Assembly (NCBI GenBank): GCA_030770535.1 | Contig: JASVEC010000013.1 | Location: forward strand, 1,164,206-1,184,205 | Direction of reading: 5' to 3' | Origin: Batkoa obscura | Lineage: Eukaryota | DNA: 20,000 nucleotides | Shown: piece by piece, positions 1 through 9,203 of the stretch | How the letters are laid out: each line of letters opens with the position of its first letter | How positions within the stretch are numbered: position 1 is the stretch's first letter | The notes under the pieces: model-generated | What the model saw: only the letters and a program-made list of their open reading frames with translations | Database searches by the model: none | What the model was told of the DNA's origin: nothing | Position numbers and translations under genes: made by a program

Positions 1-22
1 ACACAAAAAAAAGATGATCAAT

Positions 23-103
23 GGGGATGTTTTTTTTGGTTTCATACTTTTTCCATTTTTTAAGCGTTGTTTGAGCGGAAAGATTGTTAGTAAAACTCAT
101 AAA
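23..103 (+). mobile_element. Truncated MITE copy, same family (right TIR missing)
   Basis: ggggatgtttttttttggtttcatactttttccattttttaagcgttgtttgagcggaaagattgttagtaaaa aligns to about 5055-5135. Confidence 0.85.
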
Positions 104-2677
104 TGGCAGTAGTATAATGTGGATGTGTTTTTTTATTTAAAAGTGTTTTAATTGGAATTTTTAAGTTTTAGCTTTTAGTAACTCTGTTTGGATAACTATC
201 AACATTCTCTTTTAGTACTTTATTTTACTCTCATTTTAAACCTAAAATCTACAGGAGTGTTTTAACCTGAAATTTTACTCCCCCTTTTTTAAACATTACT
301 GCCAACAATAAGCTATGGGAGCTTTTGGCTCTTTCAAGATTTAAAAAAATAGTTGATATAGTTTAACAGTGAAAAATTGATAAAAAAATCATTAAAATAT
401 TAACTTCGAGAGTTTAAATATAAAAGTACGAAATAACATTTTGAAAAAGTACATTTGTAACCTTATGCTTACCGTTAAACTACCAGACAAAACTGAATCT
501 GATTTAACCTTAATTGGATGAAAATATGGCAACATTGGAAACAGATTTTTTAAATTTATTTTTAGATCATTCTAATCAGCATAAAAACTCAAATAATTTA
601 CTATATAATAATATGTTGTATACGTTATAGCCTCTAGTCTCTGTCTCTAGTTTTGCTTATATTAATAAAGTTATTTTCATACAATCTCATGTCTTTATTT
701 TATTTAGCTTGAAACACATTTTGCACTATTATTATTTTTCCTTCCATAAACCCCCCCCCACAACTGGGTCACAAGCTTAAAATTTATGCCACTAATATTT
801 ATAAATGGGTTTATGATAAATTGATTTTTTTCATATATTATAATTTTATACATAATGAAATAACTTGATCAAATTTTGGGGCTTTATTGTAATTAATCAT
901 CTGTCGTTTTGCTTAATGTTTTATATTTAATAATTATTTTTTTCAATAACAAAAATTTACAATATAAATACTTTTCCAAAGGCCATATATATTTTAACTA
1001 TTGTTAATTAGTATATTTTGTATTTAATAAAGTATAGCTTGTGTTTTTGATTTGTTATACAAAAAATCTGATTAATCCTATTATTTTGATCATCTTTACT
1101 TAATATGATTTATATTTATTAATGTAAATGTTTTTTCAAAAGTCCCATATTTTGATTACTATTTAATGTTCGATGAAATGAGAGTTTTTATACGCTTTTA
1201 TAGCTTACCTATTATTTTAATACTATATCTAGATAAAATACTCATATTTAGTAAAATGACCTGTTTGTATATTAAAACTTTTTGGTTTTCTGTTCTGTTT
1301 AAAAGGTATCAGAGAATTTTATCATATCAATAAAATGTGTTTACAACAGTAAAGTTGACGATTTCTATGACTATATGATTAATGTCTTTTTAATTTTGCT
1401 ATTTTTTTTAATTAAATAAAATAACGTAGTTTAAACTAAAATGATATAATAAATGTTTTGTATTACAAAATGATTAGAAATTATATTAATCACTACAATT
1501 GCTATAATTAATTAGGATTTTTATTGCCAATTACAAATCAGGTTTTTATTAGAATTATACATTTTAAAGTTTTTAAGATAAAATAAAATTTCAAATTCTA
1601 TTCAAATACTGTATGATAATACAACTCAGCTAGCTGCTTGAGATGGACAATTTTTAAATTATTTATTATAAAGTAAAAGTGCTGAATCACACATGGTAAG
1701 CATTTTTTGAATGAAGTAAACTGTGAAATTAATTGCAATGGAAGGGGTTAAAATGAATAAACATACCACCAAAGCTTAAACTAATAAAAGGTTGAAATAT
1801 CATAAACCTAATTAACTATTTGATTGGTTTGATTTCTTGTCTTTATTAACTAAAATTTTGGTAAAAAATAGCATTGAATCAATTTTATTTTTTTTAGGTA
1901 GGTAGCTGTAACAACAAACTCTAGAGCTGTGATGCTAAAAAAATTGGTCTAGTTTTTAAAAAATTGCATTATAATTAAAATTAATCAATAATTTAACTAA
2001 ATAGTATATAGACACGGGGGGCCTCTACCCATCTAAAGCTTAAGTAGGTCCCCAAGGTTTGAGATGGGTAGAAGCCGTCAAATAAGTGAATGGGTTAATA
2101 AATACGTGACCAATTCTTTATCATAGATTGAACTCTGTTGTGCATTCAAAATCTTTAATTTAAAATTAACTAAACTAATGGGGAATATTTTGTTAATTTT
2201 CTGTTTTAAGTTTAATTTTTTTCCGATATTTATTACTTTAACTTATAATAGTTTTTTAACAAATTAGCTTTTATTCTTATTTTATAAGGTTGGTTAAAAA
2301 AAATCCATTATTTAAGAAAAACAGACCTTTAAGTTAGTAAACAGTACACCGCATTAATAATCACGTTTTTCATTAATAGACACTATTCCGGAAAATCAGG
2401 ATTCCTTTTTTAGGTTGATGGCAAAACTATAAAAACACTCTATAAAGTATAGTTGTACAAATTTAAGCTTTTAAATACGATAAAATTTGATTCTAACTGC
2501 CATCAAAACTTTTTTTAGCTAATATTATAAACGAATATGTAGTATTTAGGTCACAGAGACATAGGTGGTATTGAACAAGAAAAAAAGAACCACTGTTTGG
2601 CTCAATTTTTCAAGTGTCATTAAAAGCAAAGCTTAAATAGTATTTATTTTAAAAAAATAAAAAATTTGTTAGTATAT

Positions 2678-2781
2678 GGGGGATGTATTTTTTGTTTAAG
2701 AATTTACTAATAAAATAGTCTTTCCACTCAAATAGCGCTTAAAAAATAAAAAAAGTGATAAAAAGTCAAAAAAACACCCTC
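2678..2781 (-). mobile_element. ~104-bp MITE, same family, more decayed
   Basis: ATAT GGGGGATGTATTTTTTGTTTAAG ... tttccactcaaatagcgcttaaaa ... AAAACACCCTC ATTT. Confidence 0.88.
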
Positions 2782-5054
2782 ATTTATAGTTCACATGAAA
2801 GTCTCAAAAAAAAACGCCAGCTAAAGGAATTTGAGATTTTTAAAATCAACTATAGAATAATTTGGATAGCCAAGTTGAAATTTAGCTGAGTTTTGAATTT
2901 GATTAAAAAAACAATTTTTACTAATATTCAAAAATAAATTTTGTTATGAATTTTTTAAAACCACCCTAGACTAATATTTAAGGGCTACTCCTATCAGTCT
3001 CTTTCATCTGAAGCCATATTAGTTGAGAACTGATAGAGCATTAAAACAAAATCGACCCATTTAGGCCGGTTTGGAATAGTACTTGTTAATAGTAATCTTA
3101 GCGGAGAACATACAAATTATAGGCTACCAATGAAGATCGTTGTTTTCAACATTAGACGATTTACCAATGGCTTATTATTTTCTCGTTTGTTTATCTCTAA
3201 GATATACAGTGTTTAACATCATGAATTTTATTAGATTTTCAAAAAGTGAACAGTTGTTTTGCGTTTTTTTTATTTATGCCTGGCGGTAGAATTGCATTTT
3301 TGCTCTCTACAAAGAGTTTTGAAAAAATGGAATATATAAAAGCTGTTATATTTTATTGTTATTCTAATAAAGATCTTTATATATTATGTAACTTTTATCA
3401 TTATTTTTCTATCTTTTTAAGGAATTGAGTCTTTAAAAATTTTAGTTTTAAACTTTTTTGTATAATATAATATAATATAAAAAGCTTCCGGAATAAGTTT
3501 TATTTTATCTTTTTTTTGTTCATTCATCCTAAATATTAGTTCAATATACAAATTTTGTCAGACTGCTCTGCTTTGAATACTATTACTTACAATTTTGCTT
3601 TTTGTGATTGGTTTTAATTTTTATAGCTTAAAAGTAGCTAAATACTATAGGAAGTTACCTAATTTTTTAATTAACTGATATATTATTATTTTTTGTAAAA
3701 AGCTTTTTTTATAGCTTTTAAATTCGTCTTTCTTATTATTGTTCTAAAATATAATTTCAATTTAGATAGAAAATTTCTTCATTTCTTGATATTGCTTTTA
3801 AAAAATAAAATGTGCTTTTTTTTAATAACATTTTTTTGCTTAAAAAGCTCAAAAAAGTAAAAGTTTACTAAATACGATTTTATTTAATTTTTATCCTCCT
3901 GTTTTTAATTTTATATAAAATTTCTGCAAAATTATACTTATTTTTTTATCTGTTAACAATCAATATTTTTTTATTGTTATTGATGTTAATTATCTTTTTT
4001 TTACTTTAATCTTTAATCAAGTCATTTGAGTTAATTAATAAAATACTGCTTTTATTATGTATAAATAAATAAAAACAGCTTTAAATAAATTTATTTCATG
4101 AATAATTTTTAGTGTTTAAAAATAATCAATTTTAATATCAATAATCTAGAAATTTTAATTAAAGCTAAAAAGATAAAGGTTAGCATTTATAAAAGCTTAA
4201 TTGAGTTAAATTTAAATACAATACAATTTAATAAAAACAGTATAAAAAATCAAAATTATTTTTTTATAACTTAAAATTTTATACATTTTATATTAATAAT
4301 TTGTTAAATATTAAACAATTGTAGATAGAGAACTTATCAGAATATTCCAAAACATCGTTTAAAAAAATAAATAGGTTTAGCAATTTCTAATGTTAGATTA
4401 AACAAAAAATAGCAATCATCTAATGTAAACTATTTTTAAAACTAGTATTTTAAAAAAACTTTTATAGAATTATATTTATTACTCAAAAATCAAAAGCAGC
4501 TGATTGAGTTAATTTGAAACTTTGCAAGCAATTTCATGTATATTTATACGTTTAATTTATGCAAAAAACTTTTGCCTCTTGCTAATAAAAATTCCTCAAT
4601 TCCTCAAACTTTTTTGACCTCCTTTATAAAATAAAATTTTTATTGCCAAGTTAAAAAAAGCAAAAAGTAAGTTAAAAAGCTTAAAAGATAAATATTATTA
4701 AGAAAATGCTAGTAGGGTGATTTTTTGCAAATATATATAAAGATGTATTATATTGTTTAGAAAGTTTTAAAATGATTAGATCGGTAGTTTCTAACAAATC
4801 GGTTGGTGACATCCGAATTAGTTTCAGAATTTACTTAATAATTAATTCAAATTTCAAGTTATTAAAGTTTACTATTAATAATAACAAACTTAATCAAGCA
4901 ATGTATAAAATTAGTGCTTTAAGGGAAACAGGAAACAAAAACCAACAAGTAGCATTATCATCAACTATAGTTTCAGTATATTCTTTTGATGAATGTAAAA
5001 GTTTTGGATTTAATATCTAAAGAGCTTTTAAAGAGTTTATAGAAATTAATATAT

Positions 5055-5151
5055 GGGGGTGTTTTTTGGTTTCATTATTTTTTCCATTTTTTAAGCGCTA
5101 TTTGAGTGGAAAGATTGTTAGTAAAATTCTTAAACAAAAAAATACATCCCC
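5055..5151 (+). mobile_element. ~97-bp MITE with GGGG...CCCC imperfect TIRs and ATAT target-site duplication
   Basis: ATAT(5051-5054) GGGGGTGTTTTTT ... AAAAAATACATCCCC ATAT(5152-5155). The paralogous empty site (rev-comp of about 7272-7292) reads aaattaat-ATAT-ggacagat. Confidence 0.92.
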
Positions 5152-5400
5152 ATATGGGCAGATGCAGGGAATCATTTTAAATCTCGAGAGTTTTTACTGA
5201 TGAGCCATCATGGAAAAAGTATGACTGATAAATATTTAGAAATTTTCATAATAGAAAAATAGTTTTGAAGCATTAAATAAAATAAAAAATATTAATTAAT
5301 TTCAAAATTTAAATACTCTATTTGTGGACATAATAAAATTAACAATTTAACTGCTAATAATAATAAAACAAATATAATTTTTAAAGTATGAAAAAAACAA

Positions 5401-5468
5401 AAATAATAAAAAATAATAATAAATAATAAAAAATAATAAAAAATAATAAAAAATAATAATAATAATAA
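5401..5468. repeat. AT-only microsatellite (AAAAAATAAT/AAT)n
   Basis: Directly visible. It is longer than the homologous tttttattatttttattatt tract near 6941-6965. Confidence 0.85.
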
Positions 5469-5797
5469 ATACTTACATTTTATTAAATATAATGATAAAC
5501 TATACTGCTATTCAGTATCTGATAGATCAAAAAAAAGTGATATGATTCCAATTAAGATTATAGAGTCTATAGAGAATAGGAAAAATTAAAAGATCAACCC
5601 CAGCTTATCTTATAAAAATAACAGAAAGTTTAAAAGTTTCAATATTTAGTAAACAGGTAAGTAGCTTATTAAATGATAAAAATTAGTTATTAAATGTTGG
5701 TATTACTTAAATTATTAATGGCTAAGTTAATAAATAGTCAAAGAGCAAGTAGTTGTAATAATAAGTAAAAACTATTATTGTATTGTTTGCATTATAT

Positions 5798-5891
5798 GGG
5801 GATGTATTTTTTTGTTTATGGATTTCACTAATAGTTTTCCCGCTCAAATAACGCTTAAAAGATAGAAAAATGAAGCCAAAAAAACACCCCC
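5798..5891 (-). mobile_element. ~94-bp MITE, same family, opposite orientation, ATAT TSD
   Basis: ATAT(5794-5797) GGGGATGTATTTT ... AAAACACCCCC ATAT(5892-5895). The empty site in the other copy (rev-comp of about 6611-6628) reads tgtgtt-ACAT-agggttgg. Confidence 0.92.
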
Positions 5892-6086
5892 ATATAAAGA
5901 TGGTTAATTGTAGTTTTAAGGCTAACCACTCCCTCCTTATACAGCTGTTTATTAACTTGGTAATATACTAATAAATCCAATTATAACAATAAAATTGTTT
6001 ATTTATTTGATAGCAAATCTGCAATATTAGTTATAAAGCAATCAATAATAAATATTTTTTAATAAAGTTTTATAAAGATATCAATC

Positions 6087-6222
6087 ATGTTTTTTTTGGC
6101 TTCATTACTTTCTCTATTTTTTTAAGCACTATTTAAGCGGAGAAATTTACTAGCAATTTTTCCGCTCAGATAGCGCTTAAAAGATAGAAAAAATAGCGAG
6201 ACCAAAAAAGATATCCATCCTT
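6087..6222. mobile_element. Fold-back derivative made of two facing MITE left arms
   Basis: About 6087-6146 (ttttggcttcatt...taagcactatttaagcggagaaatt) is the imperfect reverse complement of about 6155-6213 (aatttttccgctcagatagcgcttaaaagatagaaa...ccaaaaaa). Confidence 0.75.
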
Positions 6223-6799
6223 ATGTTTAGATTTTTTTAATTTTAATATGGGGGTGTCCGAATTGGGTTCATTTTTTTATCCAATTTTTAAACTATTTTA
6301 TTATAATTTATATTGTAAGTTAGCGGAATTTCTATCAAATTTAATATAAATTCTTGAATTAGCAAGGCTTTTATGAATATAGTCTATATAGTGATAGTAA
6401 TTAAAGTTGTAATATGTAATATGTAAATAAATATATATTTTTATAAAACTTTATTAAGAGATATTTATTATTAACTGCTTTATAGCTAACACTGCAGATT
6501 TACTATTAAATAAATAAACAATTTTAATATTATAATTACATTATTAATGTATCACTAAGTTAATAAATAGTTGCATGGGAGGGAGTGGTTAGCCCCAAAA
6601 CTATAATTAACCAACCCTATGTAACACAAGCAGTGTAACAATAGTTTTTACTTATTATTACAACTACTTGCTCTTTGAATATTTATTAGCTTAGCTATTA
6701 ACAATTTAAATAATATTGACATTTAATAATTGATTTCTATCATTTGATAAGCTATTTACTTGTTTACTAAATATTGAACTTAAATTTTCATTTATTTTT

Positions 6800-8145
6800 T
6801 AAAATAACCTGGAGTTAATTTTTTGTAAACTTTATAACTTTAGTTGGGATCATATCACTTTTTTTTGATCTATCAGTACTGGATAACAGTGTAGTTTATT
6901 ACCACGTTTAATAAAATGTAAGTACTTTTAATACCTTGTATTTTTATTATTTTTATTATTTTTTTGTATCTTTGTTTCTTTCATACTTTTTAAAAATTAT
7001 ATTTGTTTTTCCATTATTGACAGTTGAGTTATTAACTCTATTATGTTCACAAATAAAAATCTCATTTGAAATCAATTGATTAATATCTTCTATCTTACCT
7101 AATGCTTTAAGACTATTTTTCCACTATGAAAGATTTCCAAAATGTCCATCAACTATACTTTTTCCATGATGCCAGCAAAAAAATCAAGATCAATATTAAA
7201 CTACTATTTATTTTATAAATTTCTTCAAATATATAATGTAAAAACTCTTGAGATTTAAAATGATATCCTGTATCTGTCCATATATTAATTTTTGTAAACT
7301 TTTTAAATAAAGGCTCTTTAGATTCAAATCAATTAAACAATCTCCTACATATGCTGAATCATGATTTAATATTTTAGATAAATAATCAAAATAAACTTTG
7401 GCTACTGTTTTATCATTTTTTAAATATAAAACATTAAAACCTGATACTGATATAGCTTGCTTATTATAATGATCTAAATTTATTGGATCTGGTCTTGTTC
7501 CTATTTCCATATTTTGTTTAAAGTCTAAAATTATTATACCTTTTATTATTTAATTTTTTAGCAATTTTATTGGATATGTTTTTTAAGCATTAATATAAAA
7601 TCTATATAATTTATAACTTTTTTCTAACTGTATACTGGGCACACATATTACATAAATCTGTTTTTCTTGCTGGATTTTTAAAATTATTTGGTATATATTT
7701 GAAAAATGTTGACCTAGCTACTGCTTTATCTTTTAAATCATTAAAATATTTACTATATATCATTCTTCTACCTTTATTTAACATACATATTATCTGATGA
7801 ATATTTATTATCATTATTTTTATTATTATTAAATCTTGATGAAATAGTTGAATTATCAAGTAAATATTGTATAATAATCTCAATTTGCTCATCTTTAATT
7901 TTTTTTGTATTTTTAATAATAGATTGTAATGTTAGTATTTTATTATTGCTAATTATTTTTAAATAACCATATTGATTTCTACTTATATTAAATCCAAAAC
8001 TTTTACATTCATCAAAAGAATATACTGAAGCTATAGTCGATAATAATACTACTTGTTGGTTTTTGTTTCCTGTTTCCTTTAAAGCACTAATTTTATACAT
8101 TGCTTGATTAAATTTGTTATTATTAATAGTAAACCTTAGTAACAT
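6800..8145 (-). pseudogene. Frameshifted/nonsense-disrupted DNA transposase, Sola superfamily (Sola2-like)
   Basis: Joining frames gives MLLRFTINN... (ATG 8145), STFFKYIPNNFKNPARKTDLCNMC, GIIILDFKQN (D 7523-7525), FDYLSKILNHDSAYV, INIWTDTGYHFKSQEFL (D 7272-7274), HHGKSIVDGHFGNLS (D 7148-7150) and IQGIKKYLHF. The order and spacing resemble the Sola2 DDD triad (DFxEN / WSD / HGKxxxDG) as recalled; no search was run. ORF-track entries 7774-8262, 7611-7892 and 7208-7510 are fragments of it. The 3' end is approximate. Confidence 0.8.
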
Positions 8146-8212
8146 TTCTTTTCTTTTTATTTTTGTTTTGATAAAAAACAAAGTTAAATAATTACATGAT
8201 TGTATATTATAT

Positions 8213-8311
8213 GGGGATGTATTTTTGTGTTTAAGAATTTTACTAACAAATTTTCCGCTCAAATAGCGCTTAAAAGATGGAAAAAGTTATGAAGCTAAAA
8301 AAAACACCACC
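8213..8311 (-). mobile_element. ~99-bp MITE, same family, ATAT TSD
   Basis: ATAT(8209-8212) GGGGATGTATTTTT ... ttttccgctcaaatagcgcttaaaagatgg ... AAAACACCACC ATAT(8312-8315). Confidence 0.9.
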
Positions 8312-8675
8312 ATATATTTATTAAACATTTAATAATAAATATATTTAACATATAATTAACTTTTTTAATTATTTAAAAAAAATAGAACAACTAAAATAAG
8401 TCTTTTAAGTTAAATTTTTTATATACTTTTAAGCTTTTTAATTTAACTGATCATGTATTAAAGACTTATAAAATTAAAAACTTAAATTTAGATCAATTTT
8501 TAATATTTATAATTAAAACTTTTTTATTTTATATTATTTAGATTTTACTAATATTTATAATTAATTTTAACAAGCTAAATAATATTTTTAATATATCTAA
8601 AGCTTTATAAATCACCTTTAGATTAAGTATTTTATATAAAAAAATCAATTTGACAGCTGTTATAATATTTTAAAG

Positions 8676-8711
8676 CAAAAACAAAAACAAAAACAAAAAC
8701 AAAAACAAAAA
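8676..8711 (-). terminator. RNA polymerase III oligo-T terminator cascade (TTTTTG)n directly after the 5S gene; present in every unit (n=6 here, n=5 in the others, e.g. 9177-9206)
   Basis: + strand (caaaaa)n abuts the 3' end of helix I. T-runs on the non-template strand are the established Pol III termination signal. Confidence 0.8.
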
Positions 8712-8827
8712 CAACAGTACATACTATTCCCATATGGTCTCCCACTATAGTACTAAATATGCTGTACTTTGCTTAACTGCGCTGATCTGACGAGAAGCGG
8801 TGTTTTCAAAGTCATATGACCGTTGTA
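8709..8827 (-). rRNA. Eukaryotic 5S rRNA (copy 1 of 23)
   Basis: Reverse complement is TACAACGGTCATATGACTTTGAAAACACCGCTTCTCGTCAGATCAGCGCAGTTAAGCAAAGTACAGCATATTTAGTACTATAGTGGGAGACCATATGGGAATAGTATGTACTGTTGTTT (119 nt), colinear with eukaryotic 5S. Helix I ACAACGGU/ACUGUUGU, helix II ACUUUG/CAAAGU, helix III CGCU/AGCG, loop E UUAGUA/GAAUA, GAGA tetraloop, box A AGTTAAGC, box C-like GTGGGAGACC. Ends are +/-2 nt. Confidence 0.96.
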
Positions 8828-8850
8828 CAATATTATAAAGGAGTGGGAAC

Positions 8851-8856
8851 TATATA
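8851..8856 (-). promoter_or_regulatory. TATA-like upstream element (TATATA) at -29..-24 of the 5S gene, repeated in every unit
   Basis: tatata at 8851-8856 versus +1 at about 8827. The position matches upstream TATA elements known for 5S genes (e.g. Neurospora crassa, plants). The AT-rich background lowers specificity. Confidence 0.6.
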
Positions 8857-9203
8857 ACTTTGATTATTTTGAATAAAATTATTAAAAAAATACATTTTGA
8901 ATAAAATTATTAAAAAAATACATTTTGAAAAATTGCAAACTTTAGAAATAAGAAATTTTTATTTTTAAATTTCTAATAAATACAATGTAGCTGTATTCTT
9001 ATTGTTTTGTTTTTTAGTATTTTTAAAAATATTAATAAAATCAGTTTTTTTAATATTTATAATTAATTTTAACAAGCTAAATAATATTTTTAATATATCT
9101 AAAGCTTTATAAATCACCTTTAGATTAAGTATTTTATATAAAAAATCAATTTGACAGCTGTTATAATATTTTAAAGCAAAAACAAAAACAAAAACAAAAA
9201 CAA

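Larger units (their letters stand above)
4857..6081 (+). mobile_element. Second, internally deleted copy of the same transposon in inverted orientation, carrying two nested MITEs
   Basis: 4857-5016 matches the reverse complement of about 7985-8144 (shared peptide FTINNNKxNQAMYKISALxETGNKNQQVxLxSTIxSVYSFDECKSFGFNI). 5017-6081 matches the reverse complement of about 6434-7321. A possible degenerate terminus gacatccgaattagtttca lies at about 4808-4826. Confidence 0.85.
6250..8311 (-). mobile_element. Decayed autonomous-type Sola2-like TIR transposon (about 2.06 kb if the MITE at 8213-8311 serves as the right end)
   Basis: Left end ATAT|GGGGGTGTCCGAATTGGGTTCATTTTTTTATCCAATTTTTAAA (6246-6249|6250) resembles the MITE terminus GGGGGTGTTTTTTGGTTTCATTATTTTTCCATTTTTTAAG. 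It encloses the transposase relic. The right boundary is uncertain. Confidence 0.6.

Noticed and set aside
2342..2383. cagtacaccgcattaataatcacg resembles a Tc1/pogo-type terminal repeat start
   Set aside because: I found no matching inverted partner or TA duplication in the window.
3246..3428. 60-aa ORF on the + strand
   Set aside because: GTG start, low-complexity F/Y/L/I composition expected from AT-rich DNA, and no recognisable motif.
3480..4700. Strand-skewed AT-rich tract that may be a decayed coding or TE sequence
   Set aside because: Stops in the frames I examined and no recognisable motif; unsupported without a translated search.
4772..5020. 82-aa ORF as an independent gene
   Set aside because: Its C-terminal part is the N-terminus of the deleted transposase copy and it ends at the deletion junction; the N-terminal part is flanking sequence.
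7774..8262. 162-aa ORF as an intact gene starting at 8262
   Set aside because: The first codons lie inside the MITE at 8213-8311. The transposase-homologous part starts near ATG 8145 and continues only through frameshifts.
8729..8737. cccatatgg in the 5S gene resembles the MITE end ccccatatgg, hinting at 5S-derived or 5S-targeting elements
   Set aside because: The match is only 9 bp, part of it is TSD and flank rather than element, and none of the 23 genes carries an insertion.
8842..8848. Upstream agtggga is complementary to tcccact inside the gene (8740-8746)
   Set aside because: Only 7 bp and outside the transcript; it cannot be distinguished from chance.
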